Below are positions 32,698 through 44,538 of a DNA stretch of 64,000 nt, piece after piece. The first letter of the stretch is position 1. Each line of letters begins with the position of its first letter. This DNA comes from Carpediemonas membranifera BICM. Its lineage: Eukaryota > Protista > Fornicata. The stretch is from contig JAHDYR010000005.1 of the NCBI GenBank assembly GCA_019828565.1, forward strand, positions 1,107,270-1,171,269, given 5' to 3'. The notes below the pieces were generated by a model, which saw nothing but the letters and a program-made list of their open reading frames with translations, was not told the origin of the DNA and did no database searches. A program made the translations under genes and the position numbers.

Positions 32698-35600
32698 TCG
32701 TTTATTGCCTTTTGGACGAACTGTATTGCGAGCGGCGAGGCGCAGCCGAGCTTCGCGAGCCTGAGCGCAGCGAAGACGTCACTCTAGTGGTCAGTATGTC
32801 GGGTTTGAGGCACTGCTCGCTCCGAAATCTCCCTTTCGACTCTCCACTCAGTCACAACGAACGCGAACGCGAATAACGCGCAGATCACGCTCAAAGTACA
32901 GAAACAACATCAGTATTAGTGGTTGAGGCCATTAGCCTCAGCTTGACGGTGCGCAGCATCCGCCTGGCGCATGAACGCATGGAACACATGAACTTGCTGC
33001 CGCATACAGGCCATCATGACCGCGTCGGCAATCTGCCCAACAGTTTCGGCATCAAGGCCCAAAACGTCGCGCATCTCATCGGTCCATCCTCTCCCATGCA
33101 CAGCACCAACACCACCACTCTGGCGAACGACCACGGGAATAACCCGGACGTTCCAGTTGGCGTACTGCTCCTTCTTGCTCCGCATAGATGCAGACGCGTG
33201 ATTGCTCACCACTACGTCAAGCACAACGGGTTCGGTATGGCCCGGTCTGGTCAAGAGGAGGTCCGCCCGCGCCTTGACCCGTTTGGTCCGGTCCACAGTC
33301 CACTCGCTGCCCCGTCCGAGCCAATGCTCAACTCTTACGCGCCAGGGGTGCCCGCGCAGCAGTTTGGCGAGCGTGTCGCGAATTTGGTCGTGCCGCTCCG
33401 ATCCCAGCCCCTCCCTCAGGAAGGGACAGGTAAGAGAATGCTCGGCTGAGCAGGGGACAGACCGGTGGTTAACACTACGGGCCAGGCATAGCGGACAGAC
33501 GTCGTGGCCTGTCTCAAAGGCAGGAAGGCCGACATGGTTGCGAAGCATCGGTGCAGCACCCTCGTCACAGGGGTTACGACCCATAGCGGCTGGATCAGCC
33601 GCGAGTAGAGACCTGATCACGTTTGGCGAGTCGACTGGAAACAGTCAGTTGGCTGGAAATGTTATCCTGCAGGAGGCGTACCAACTTCTTCTGCGTGCTC
33701 TCGAGTGAGAGCTTTCTGACATCGCCATATGATGTCGGCCAATCCTTGGGCGTCGCGGCGAGAGCCGGGATGCATGGCAGTGCGTCTTGGATGAGAGCCT
33801 CGGGCCTTTCGACCTTCAGCTCTATGAGTTGTCGTGCGGCACCCAGATAGGCTGGGGCCCACACAACAGAGGGCATGGCCAATCCGAGCCCGCCTTGACT
33901 GACCGGCAGACAGAGCCTTGCGGCGAAGTCCTTATCAGTCTCTGCGCTGGACTGGAGCAGCTTCAGGATGGCGGGGACCACCTTCTGCTGTTCGAAGTCC
34001 AGTTGCGACTCGAACATGTCACCCCCGCCCGGCGAAACATTGCGGAAGAAGTGCTCCCACTTGGTGAGGGGCACACAGTTTCGTCACTAGGAGGGCAGGG
34101 GCGACGGCTTCCGCGCCAATGTCAGAGACCATCGATGCAGCAGCGTCAAGCAGCTCCATAACCTTGCGGTTAGCAGAGCCTAGCTCCCGCATGATGTGCG
34201 TGGCGGAGCCGATTGGAACACCAACCAGCTTGGTATCGCGTCTCCGTGGGACGCCACCAGTTGTGTTGCCGTCAACGACATCCTTATGGGCTAGCACGCA
34301 CTTGGCACGGTTGAGGCGGAGGCCAACCTCGTTGAACTTCTGAGCGGCGAGTTCTGTGAGATTGTTGGCCTCACGGCCGACCCCAGGCGACTGTAGCGGG
34401 CGGGTAGTGGTGGCTACAATGTCATCCTGGTAGGCACGGATGCACCACCCAGGGAAAGCCTCGCGCAAGACGTCCAGAATGGGCTTAACGCCTAAGCTGA
34501 AAAGAATTGGCGAGAGCGGGTCCCCTTGGTGAATGCCTTCAGCCGACCTCATGGTGATGCCGGAGGTAGAGAAAAGTAAGCCCCGTCGGTACATGGTCGA
34601 CAGGTATGGGATGAGCGCCGGCATGTAGGCCGCCACCACCTTCATGGCGAAGGCCCTCGACAAGCATCCATAGGCGTTGGAAAGGTCGAGTGTGAGCACT
34701 GTACCGCCACTTCGGTAGACTGCACTCACCTCCTCTCCCAACCTCTCCAAGCCGCACTTCTCACCTACTCCGAACTGGTCCTTCAGGGCACGATCGACGT
34801 CAACCAGCCGCTTACGGACGGACCAGGCGAGTGCCTTTGCCGCCACACGGCGAATAGAGTCGCCGATCGCGACCCCTCGGACCTTCCCTTCACCTTTCGG
34901 CACAGGGACGAGAATGCAATGACTGAACACATCAGTGTAAGCTTCTCCGTTCAGGATGTCCTGAACCAGCGGGAGCAGAGCCTGGACTAGTTCGCGCCTT
35001 GATGTCTTGTAGGCGATCTTCAGGTGAAGGAACGATAGCCCGGAGGGCCCCGGGGCCGCCTCAGACTTGAGTGTGTTGAGGATGGTCTTCAGAGTCTTAG
35101 AGGAAACTTCGACACACTGCAGGGGGTTCTCGGGGACGTCTCGCATGGGGACGTCGGGACAAAGCCCGTTGAACCCAACCTGGAGGTCCCGCAGTTGAGC
35201 GTCGATTTCAGTCGGTGTCAGGTCAGTCTCATTGGCTACCATGGACGTGGCGGCCTTCGAGACAAACCCGTGGCGAATCAGGTTCAGCGTCCGACGCCAC
35301 TTGCTCGCGCTAGCGCGTCGTCCGCCTCGGTCCGATGGCGGTGCGTACAGCGTCTTGGGGTAGTCTACAACCTTAAGAGCCTCAGCCCGCTTGGCGTCGT
35401 CACCTGTCGCGTTGTTCACCTCCCTCAATCGTTCAATAAGGCCTCGTGTGAACTTCTCGCGCCCGCGCTTGGGCGGAGCGATCTTTCCGAGGAACAAGGC
35501 CTGACCCGGGGGAAGGAAGACATCGGGTCGATGAGCAGGGGTAGTGGGAGGTGCTGATGGCGGGGTTAGGGGGAAACCAACCGCCGAAACGTGAGCTGCC

Positions 35601-36141
35601 GTGTCTGCCTGGACCTCTTCGTCAACAGGCTGCGATGACAGACCCTCGTCGTCCGTCGCGATCTCTACTACAGAGGGAGGGACATTTGCAGCGGTCTCTG
35701 GACGCATAGCGTTGTCTCGTATCGTGCAGGCGATAATCGCAATGGACTTGGGGGCTGTGTTTGCAGAACGCAACGAAGTTGCCGTTGGCAGCGCCTGTGT
35801 AGTGATGCTGTGGGCCTTAAGGAGGTCCTTGAAGCTGTCAGCAATCGCCTTCAGGGCTTTCACGGTAAAGCGTACGATGTGTTTGTTCTGGACGTCGCGC
35901 ATGAGCTCGACAACCGCAGTTTCAGAGCACAATGTGTTGAACACCGTGTCCGTATCACACCACAGTCTGTCAATTAGGCTTATGTCGACGAACTTCGCGT
36001 AGGTGCTATGAACTTCGGTAAGAAGAGCACGAACATCCTCGGCGAAGACGCTTTCGCGCCATACGAGTCTCGTACGTCGTCGAGTCACCATCTGGCCTCC
36101 AGGATCAGCCTGGGGCGCAGAAAATGACGACATTTCCATTT
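32698..36141 (-). mobile_element. CRE-like family B copy 2, full length (3,444 bp)
   Basis: Bounded by 12-mers; paralogous to A with a different 3' UTR. Confidence 0.93.
32916..36139 (-). CDS. Family B RT-RLE polyprotein (~1,070 aa; two single-G insertions)
   Basis: Same motifs as A: YQDD, CPLC...HSLTC, RHD, RADLL...LD. Confidence 0.9.
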
Positions 36142-36932
36142 CGGGAGGGAGCAAACTTTTATGTAATCAACGACAAACTGTCTAGCGAGCGGCGAGGCGC
36201 AGCCGAGCTTCGCGAGCCTGAGCGCAGCGAAGCAGTTTGAGGCTATGGGGTGCGTCGGGGTCCTCCGTCGCTCCATCCAGTGAGTCGCTGGCGAGTCAAC
36301 AAAACCAACAAGAACACTCTGAAGCGCTCTGCACGAGCCGATTGCTACACCAATATCAGAATTGAGTAACAATTAGTGGGAGAGGCCCAAATCCTCTGCT
36401 GCAGCATGTGCTGCGTCGCATTGCTTGATGAACGCTGCATATGTGTGCACTTGCCCTCTCATGCACGCCAAGAAAGCGTTATCAGCCATCTCGCGGACCT
36501 GCTCAGCCTTAAGACCAAGTTCATCGCGCAAATCGTCCGTCCAGCCCCTTCCGTGCACTCTTCCAACGTCACCGTTGTGAAGCGTCACCGCGGGTATGAG
36601 CTTGACGTCCCAGTTGGAGTACTGGGCGCGCTTGCTCGTCATGGCCTGAGACACGTGGTTGCTGACGACGTTGTCAATGACGATTGCCTTCACGCCAGGT
36701 TTCGTGAGGAGGATGTCCGCCCGCGCCTTCATAGGCTTGGTCCGGTCAATGGTCCACTCACTGGCCTTGTTCAACCACACCTCGGACTGGACTCTCCAGC
36801 CATAACCCTTCAGGTCTCTCACCAGCCCGTCCTTGATAGGTAAGGTTACCTTACCTTACCCGTTGCGACCCCCGTCTGACCCAGGAGCCCGACCATCCGG
36901 CCCTCAATCGGACGCAGAGCGTCGGCCGAGGC

Positions 36933-37463
36933 ATGATTGCCACTGAGGATATCTCAGCTGGCACATGTCTCGGCATATACTTCGGGAAGCTGATTCCCGA
37001 TGCTGAGACGGCCAGCAACAACGGCCAGATGGTGTTTGTTTCGCATATTCCATTACCATTACACAGCATGTCATTCGCTGACAGTCAGGTCGCCGTCGAT
37101 GCCATGTCGGCCGCAGCGGGTGTCCACCTGATTAACCACAGCCCTGACGATGTCAACTGTGAGTTCGTGGACGTCTTGGTGGATGGCCTGCCAGTGATAT
37201 CGGTCAGGGCCACTGCCAACATCGTTCGCGGCGAGTTCTTGCGCATCGATTATGGCGAGACCTACTTTGAGGCCGATGAAGAGGAGCACCCGGTTGCTCG
37301 CTTCAAGAGTCTCGCCATAGATGACCCTCACTACCTCGCTCGAAAGGTGGAGCAGTTCAAAATACTGCAGGTCAAGCCGCAGCCCCGCAAGCGGAAGACC
37401 AAGTCCAACCCCGCCCGTAAGCGCTTCCACACTGCGCGCATGACTCAAGGCAAGAGTGAATAA
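36933..37463 (+). CDS. SET-domain lysine methyltransferase (stand-alone; may be 5'-truncated)
   Basis: GRGMIATEDI..G..LGIYFG, INHS...NC, VRATANI..GE.LRIDYG..YF; basic tail. Confidence 0.88.
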   Translation: MIATEDISAGTCLGIYFGKLIPDAETASNNGQMVFVSHIPLPLHSMSFADSQVAVDAMSAAAGVHLINHSPDDVNCEFVDVLVDGLPVISVRATANIVRGEFLRIDYGETYFEADEEEHPVARFKSLAIDDPHYLARKVEQFKILQVKPQPRKRKTKSNPARKRFHTARMTQGKSE

Positions 37464-37493
37464 ACTTGAAGAGATATCAATTCAATCAATCAT

Positions 37494-38390
37494 TTATGAG
37501 CGGGTGACATCCTCCGGACGAGTAGCACGCTTCTCGGGCTCTGCGGCAGCTGCCTTGCGCTTGCGGTCCGGAAGACTGTAGACACAGGCATGACGATTCT
37601 CGATGACGATGAACTGAGTGAGCTTCATGCTCTCACAAAGACCTAAGATCTTGTCCAGCGTCGCATCCTGGATGGGCAAGAACTCTGAATCTTCCCAACC
37701 TTTGTGGACCCAGAGGCAGGTAAGGTCCTCGTCGATCTGGGTGATGATTACCGGAGTGTGACTCAGCTCTACACTGGCCTGGATGGCCTCATGGTCTGCC
37801 CAGGGGAAAGGGGAGCCAGGCATCTCAGAGAACGGGTCGCCCTCGAACCCCTTGCCCTCACAGAAGGATCGGATGTCCTCGTACAGCTGAAGCTTCTCAC
37901 CAACAGTAGGCTGGGACCCAGTCCTGATGAGATGCATGGCGCTGAGAATGCATGAGCCATCCCCAGGCACCTCAGACCGCTTCAGAGAGCTTGTATCGTT
38001 CTTAAACTTCTTAGCGGTCTTCTCCATGATGGTCTGGACGTCATCTTTGGGGTCTGCGGCCACCAAAGCCTCCCGATCCAGGTCTATGACCTCAGCCTCC
38101 TTCTTCAAGGGCACAAGCTTCTCCGTCTCGAGCTTTTCAATCTTGGCCCGGGCTCGCCAAAGCTCCCTCTTCAAATCACGGATCGCACCGTTGTGTTCCA
38201 CGGCAAGATGGCGGCGCAGGAGGCGCGATGTGCCACTCAGGGTACTTCTGTGGACGGGAGAGTCCATCAGAAGCGCGTCCAGGTGCCTTATCCGGTCGAA
38301 CTGCACGTCGACCGGGTCCGACAGCTCAGGCTCGGCGTTGTTCTTGAACGAACGGACGACCCCCGACCTTCCTGGCTTCACCTTGCGCAT
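37494..38390 (-). CDS. OTU-like cysteine protease / deubiquitinase
   Basis: VPGDGSCILSA, WADHEAI, ENRHA; coiled-coil N-half. Confidence 0.65.
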   Translation of the reverse strand: MRKVKPGRSGVVRSFKNNAEPELSDPVDVQFDRIRHLDALLMDSPVHRSTLSGTSRLLRRHLAVEHNGAIRDLKRELWRARAKIEKLETEKLVPLKKEAEVIDLDREALVAADPKDDVQTIMEKTAKKFKNDTSSLKRSEVPGDGSCILSAMHLIRTGSQPTVGEKLQLYEDIRSFCEGKGFEGDPFSEMPGSPFPWADHEAIQASVELSHTPVIITQIDEDLTCLWVHKGWEDSEFLPIQDATLDKILGLCESMKLTQFIVIENRHACVYSLPDRKRKAAAAEPEKRATRPEDVTRS

Positions 38391-38431
38391 TATGCGCTCA
38401 CGGAGCAGCGAAAGGACTGAATAAGCAGGAG

Positions 38432-38867
38432 TTATTTGGAGTACTTACCTCCAACGTCGTGCTCGTGATCCGAAGACACTTCTCGGCGGACCTTCTGGAC
38501 AAGGCTGTCGTAGGCATGATCTCCCATGACCTTCTTCAGCTCAGCCGATGTCGTGATCAGCTCAAGCTGAGCCTCGGCAGTTTCTCTTAGGTGCAGGATA
38601 AGGTGAGGCGACCTGAAGAGCTTGCGAAGCGTTTTCCAGCCAATATCTGTGTAAAAAGGTATGGGGAAAGTACTTACGATCACGAAGAAGGGCGGTGAGG
38701 ATCTTGTCATCGGGCAGAAGGAACTTACGAAGAAGTGAGCACTTGATCATCTCCTGCGCGTTTGATGAGGCCTGACTGATCTCAGCGCTGTCATAGAAGA
38801 TAAAGAACTGCTTACCAAACGTTTTCGAACGCTTCAAGAGCATGTAGAAGTCGAAAACCGATTGCAT
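38432..38867 (-). CDS. Hypothetical protein (two overlapping ORFs, likely one frameshifted gene)
   Basis: ATG at 38867; frames overlap around G4/A5 runs near 38660. Confidence 0.4.
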
Positions 38868-38869
38868 GA

Positions 38870-39041
38870 TTATAAGGCTCTCAGGACCTAATGAAAAAAT
38901 TCATAAGGCTCTGAGAGCCTAATAAACCATGCGGAAAAATGACCAGTATCAGTAGGCAACGGCGCGCGGGAGATTCATTAGGCTCTGAGAGCCTTATACA
39001 CGATTTCGAATTGGTGTATAAGGCTCTGAGAGCCTTATGAA
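38870..39041. repeat. Four ~27-bp palindromes, consensus TTCATAAGGCTCTGAGAGCCTTATGAA
   Basis: 38870-38895 (degenerate), 38900-38926, 38974-39000, 39015-39041. Confidence 0.85.
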
Positions 39042-39568
39042 CTCAGAGGAGGTCCTCGGGGCACTTCGGTGCAGAATTTTGATTGGGCATCTGATTGGAC
39101 CATGGGGCGGATGCTCAGAGGGATGAATGCGAGCTCAATGGAGACCATTGGACATGTCAGAGATGGCATGTCCAGGTGAAGGTCCATCATGGAAGGAGCC
39201 ATTCACGATAAGTCTTCTAAATGTTGTGTTGCGAGCGTCTGAAGGGCTTTCTCTGGATACCGACCAAGATGGAGGTCACGTGGATCAACGGACGATAATT
39301 GCGGTATTCTGGCCTTGTATGCCACTCTTAAATCCATTGTTTGATCCATTCCCGCGTTTATAGTTCATCTCAACGCTTCCTCGACGAGTTACAATTGTTG
39401 ATGTTGTTTAGGTTCTATTACAGGCCATTCGAGGCCACAGAGCTCTCATGATGTTGTTTTTAGTGATATGCACATGCTTGCCAGCGTTTGAGGATCGATA
39501 CTCTTCTCCTTTCTTCGTTTGGTTTTCTAATTTCGTTGCGAGCATAAAGTGCACCTTGAAGAAACGTT

Positions 39569-40255
39569 ATGCCTCCGAAACGGAGTAATACTGCTAAGAG
39601 CAAGGGCAGAAAGCGTCTAAACGCTGTGGAAATGATTTCTACTTACTTAGAGAAGGAGCACGCTGCTGGAAGCATCTCCGCTGCCGATGTCGCCACCGGA
39701 AACCGCATTTGCAATGAGGTGGTTGACAGACGCCCCAATGACCTCCCCACATTCGTTCCGGAGGATCTTAGGGATGAAGCGGAGTTCCGTTCTCTCGATA
39801 GCATTGAGCAGATCATGGCGCAGTACAAGGGCGAGTCTTCTGAGGCCAAGGAGAAGCGCTTCAGGGCCCTCATCAGCCTGGACGCCGAAGGAGATGAGGT
39901 CGACCATGGCAGCCCTCTCTTGGCAACTGTCCGTGAGTACCGCGAGCTGTTCCACGGCATCCCTCAGTCGGTCCGCCCCCGCGCTTACGCCTTCGTCGCC
40001 CAGAGGCTTGGTATCTCTGTCGACAAGGTCAGAGAGGTCCTTCTGGAGAGTGTGTGCCGCAAGGACTCTAAGCTCATCTTCGAGCGTCCGCAGCTTGTCC
40101 TCAAGAAGCACTCGAAGACCTTCAAGGACCTCGCCGCTGTGATTGAGAAGAGGAACGCTGCCCGTGCCGCTGCAGAGGCTCGTGATGTTCTGCGTATACC
40201 CGTTTACGCGAGCCTCCTGCTCTTCCACGCAGCTAACGTCAACTCAAATGAGTAA
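39569..40255 (+). CDS. Hypothetical protein with basic NLS-like N-terminus (MPPKRS...KGRKR)
   Basis: 228-aa ATG ORF with protein-like composition, followed by AATAAA. Confidence 0.6.
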   Translation: MPPKRSNTAKSKGRKRLNAVEMISTYLEKEHAAGSISAADVATGNRICNEVVDRRPNDLPTFVPEDLRDEAEFRSLDSIEQIMAQYKGESSEAKEKRFRALISLDAEGDEVDHGSPLLATVREYRELFHGIPQSVRPRAYAFVAQRLGISVDKVREVLLESVCRKDSKLIFERPQLVLKKHSKTFKDLAAVIEKRNAARAAAEARDVLRIPVYASLLLFHAANVNSNE

Positions 40256-40275
40256 TAAATCGACTGCTTCTTCAT

Positions 40276-41130
40276 TTAATCTTCATTCTCTTCCTCATCT
40301 TCCTTCTCAGACAGCAGATGGTACCACTCTTCCTCGAAATAGTTCTCTTTCTGGTAATCCTTACGCATCTTTGATCTCTTATCCACGATCTTTTGGACCA
40401 AATCCCTTCGGTTGCTGTCGTAAAGGGCGATGATTATCTCACGTTGCTTCTTGCGCGTCGGGTGCGGGGTAACACTCTTCCTCAGACGCTTAATGTAGCG
40501 GTTGAGCTTGTCCGAGGGCTTGGTGGGCAGGGTGGGTTGGGTGGCTTGGGTTCTCTTTGGGGGAGGCTGGACCTGGTCCACAGAAGTGAAAGCCGTACCG
40601 TAGTCGACGGACGGGGGAGCCCTCCAGGACTTCATGGCATATCCATGGCAAGCAACGAGACTCTCACCGAGCTTCGTCCACTTGTTCGGGCCGTATGTTG
40701 CCTCCATGGTCACCAGTTTCGCATCATCCAGGTACTCCATCGTGGACTTTTGCTTGGAGATGGACATCCCCATACGCTGGTAGGCTGGCACAAGAGAACT
40801 TACACACTGCAGGCGGATCCTCTGTCCGGCAGAGGCAACCGAAAGAAGAATCGTGGCGAGACCATTGCCCCTGGCATAGAATGCCGTGCGAATAACCACA
40901 ACATATAAGTCCTGGCGCAGCTCGGAAGGGGTTTCATCAGTAGCTTCGGTGTTGTATGACTCCTTCGTGAGCAACAAGGCCGAAATGATGGAATCAGTCT
41001 TGCAGTCACGAATCGCAACCAATCTGGGTAAATACCTGGGCAACACTGGGTGAACAAACATGAAGAAGCGATGATCGATGTCATCAACTCCTCTCGTGGC
41101 AACGTCCTGCTTAAAAAAACGTACGGACAC
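40276..41130 (-). CDS. GNAT-family acetyltransferase (start uncertain)
   Basis: Motif A LYVVVIRT...ARGNGLATILL; motif B LVPAYQRMGM. Confidence 0.7.
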   Translation of the reverse strand: MSVRFFKQDVATRGVDDIDHRFFMFVHPVLPRYLPRLVAIRDCKTDSIISALLLTKESYNTEATDETPSELRQDLYVVVIRTAFYARGNGLATILLSVASAGQRIRLQCVSSLVPAYQRMGMSISKQKSTMEYLDDAKLVTMEATYGPNKWTKLGESLVACHGYAMKSWRAPPSVDYGTAFTSVDQVQPPPKRTQATQPTLPTKPSDKLNRYIKRLRKSVTPHPTRKKQREIIIALYDSNRRDLVQKIVDKRSKMRKDYQKENYFEEEWYHLLSEKEDEEENED

Positions 41131-41360
41131 TGGGGATGATGTCTGACTTATCAGAAAGTCTTACGTACTGTATATAAGCCTTATGGGCTGCAAGAGTATC
41201 CTCTGTCCAAGATTCTTTCCCCGTTTGGTTCATTTTCACAAACTTTTTGTGAAACCTGCGAAATGTGAAATGTGCCATTCATGAAAAAAAGTGGCACATA
41301 TGAAAAATGAATGAATTTATCACGGAACCATCTTACATCACTTTATATCACGCGGATGCC

Positions 41361-43915
41361 TCAATTCTGTCTGCTACACTCTCCACACAGGCAGCAAACT
41401 AACTCTATGCCATGGTCCGCCAGACTGCATGACATCGTGCCCTCCTCACCCCACGTCAGCGTCGTATGCTCTTCTACAAACTCCCACACTTCATCAACAG
41501 TCTCCTGAAAGGTCTGGATCATCTCACGAGTTGGCTCGAAGGTCACGGTGGTCAGTGTGCGGACACCAAACCAATGCTTCGCATCCTTACAGCAGTCGTG
41601 AACTCGCACACACTTGAGTCGCTGGAGCTGGGGGACAGAGTAGTCCTGCCGACCAAAAAGAACGCATGCCCGTCAGGAAGGAACACGCGAGAGTTGTCTG
41701 CTCGATCAAGCAAATGCCCTCAAGGACTGCCTTCCTGTGCAACTTGGCTGCTACCTCCTGGTTCTTGATGAACTCTCGCTCAAAGTACTCCTCTAGGATA
41801 TAGAACAGCGGCACCTTGAGATGCTTGTGGCACAGGGGGCTGCGTCGTGAGTCTGCTGATGCTGTAGAGGTTCTCAGCGCACGGTTTCTCCTTCGTCTTC
41901 GCTTCGCTGCTTGATAGCAGGGATATGGAAGTCTTATCCTTGTTAGGAATGAACGCAATCGTGACGTGAATGAGGTGGGCCACTGCGGCAGCCATGAAGT
42001 GAAACGCGACAGCCGCGTCAGTCACAGGTTCGGACGAGTAGTACATGGCCTGGAGGTAGCCAATGAGCCGAATGATATCTTGAATGCACTCAGGGAGAGC
42101 AACGTAGTCCTCTTGGTCGTGGCAGCCATCCTTACACGTGCGGACGACTGCTCGTTACAACCTACGGTCCTATCGATGCTTCGCATGGACGACATACGGC
42201 CAAGCTTGAGGTTGAGGAGCTTATTCTGGATGATCTCCTCGCGGGACCCGCGGGTGGTGGGATGCTTCTTGAAAGAACCACAGATATGGGCAACCTGCTC
42301 GAGTAAACGGTGCGAGTCGTGCATGAATGGAGGGCATATGACGATCTTCTCAAGAGGGATGACACTACAATTCTCGAACACCATGCGTTCATTGGTGAAA
42401 TCGCCATAGATTGCAAGTACATCTTGAACTCGGTTCGGGTCGTCGACTTCAGCCTGGTATGCTGTCTTATCGTCCAGGTTGTCCTTGATGGTGAGACGAT
42501 GGCGGCCTGCTATCGGGTGGAGCGCCTTACTTTTTTTGTGGTAAATCGTGTTGCAAGGGTGTGGATAGTTGGGCCGGCCCGACTTTCTGGACAGCATGTG
42601 GCGGAGGGCGGCATGATCGCCCATGACGATGACATGGTCGAAGATCGTGACCTCACCAGTGTCTCTGATGGGTATCTGACTCGTATATAGGCGCTCAATC
42701 TCCTTCTCGACGCGAGAAAGAGACTCTTCCATCAACAAATCACCCTCGCTACCCATATACTCGACTATACGGAAAGGTGGAGTAATCTTGTTGGGGAATG
42801 TGAAGCCTGTGGGGTCGTAGATGCGGAGCTTGAAGGCAGCAGAACCCCCTTTCCACCCGTCAAGCCATAGTAGGATCTTCATGGGGCTAAACGTGACTCC
42901 AACCCTGTTGCCAAGGGCGTTCTTGCATCGAACGTAGTTGGGCTGGTCCGACTCGAGCCATTCCGGGTGGCGAACAGCTTGCTTGAGGTAACGAACGGCA
43001 TCAAACCAGACTCGATCAACCTTGTCCCATGTGGAGCTGTTGAGCCGCTTGCCGAGGGTGACTCCCTGGGTCTGCTTGAGCTCAGGGCGATGACTTGTGG
43101 CCTCATCGCTCGTCTCGTAGTGAAGATCAAGCATTGGCTTCTCCCACTTGAAGTCAATGACGTTCTCCGCGTCCGTCAGGGGCTGGATATCGACACCCTC
43201 GTCCACCGTTAGGCGATTGGTGCACTCGAGTCTCGACTTTGTGCCATTTCTGCCCCACCGCCAGGTCGTGTTGACTGTGACAGACTCCACAGGGACGAGA
43301 TGACCCAAGAAAGCAACCTCTGGTCTAGTCAGCGCTGCAACCAGGCCGTTGATCTTGGTGATATTGACCTGCAACTGCTTCACGAAGATATCAGCAGCCT
43401 TGCTGGAGATGATTGGCATATGAAGTCGCGCAGAAAGACTACGGATGAGCTTAAAGAGCTCATGGGTTGCGTTACAACCCGACTTGATGTACATCAGGAT
43501 AGAAACAAGCTCCAAAAATCTGCTTGTAGTTGTCAGTTTCCTCAGTTGAGACCTCGTGCTGTCTCCGCAAGCGTTCGTGGGTGACAGCAATACGCGCGTG
43601 GTCACGTACGAAGACATCGAAGGTCGGGGCGACTCCTCTATGGGAACGTACTGCACGCAAGAAGGGTCGAGAGTCGTGCGGGTCGGCGAAAAATCTCGGA
43701 TCGACCTCCATGTCCGCAAATAGGCCCTGGTTAGCCATTTCCAAGATGAGTTCACGGAATTCTCGGCGCTGGCGGCCTCGATCCTGTGTATTTCCGCCAA
43801 TACCAACAAGGGAGAGGTATGTATGAGCGAGAATGTAGTTCATACGCTCTGCAGTCCTTGGAGGGCCAGTATTGTCGTAGACAGTGCCTATGAAGGTCTG
43901 TATGACAATGTGCAT
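41361..43915 (-). CDS. DDE transposase-like protein (multiply frameshifted)
   Basis: LWLDG (D1), VMGDHAALRHML...G..NYPHPC (D2), PPFMH, LEEYFEREF (E), Cys-rich C-terminus. The order parallels Chapaev GDLK...YCC / PPLH / EQGERF. Confidence 0.55.
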
Positions 43916-44431
43916 GCTCAGGAATTTTTGCTGAAGTCACTTTCACATTTCACAAGTTTCACAAGAGTTTGTGAAAGATTTTTGGTTTGGGGCTTCCGCT
44001 GCTCTGTTTCCTCCAAAAAGTTGTGAGCAGCAACTACACTGAGTTTTATACGTATTCTATGCTTCTCATACCCATTGATGCGTTATTGCGCAATTCTGCT
44101 TTGCCCTCAAAGGAAAAGTGAATTTGAATTTCCCCCTGAATCTTGCAAGATACTGCGGAAGTAACGGTAAGAAAAAATGAAACTCGCCAACGAAAGCAGC
44201 TGGAAGAAAATGGTAAAAAGTATTGGAACTAGGACAATATGGTGTACACTCTGAGCAACTTCATTTCTTTCTGGCGTTCACCTGTGTCACGAGCTCTTTG
44301 GGCACTGTTTCGGGCGTTAGGACAAACCAAGGGTTCCATGATCCTTTGTTGATCTAGTTACACCTCTGTTGTTAGCACAATCTTCCAAGACCATCTCATC
44401 GTTGATAAAATTTTGCAGATTTTTCGAATGC

Positions 44432-44538
44432 GAGAAAATGAAGACTTCCCCACAGAACCTGAGTATGTACGGATAGTACTTGACCCCCATGGATTATCCC
44501 CCCATGTTTGGTTTTTGTGGGGAAGTCTTCATTTTCTC
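44432..44538. repeat. 107-bp hairpin with 23-bp perfect inverted repeat
   Basis: GAGAAAATGAAGACTTCCCCACA (44432-44454) and its reverse complement (44516-44538). Confidence 0.85.
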
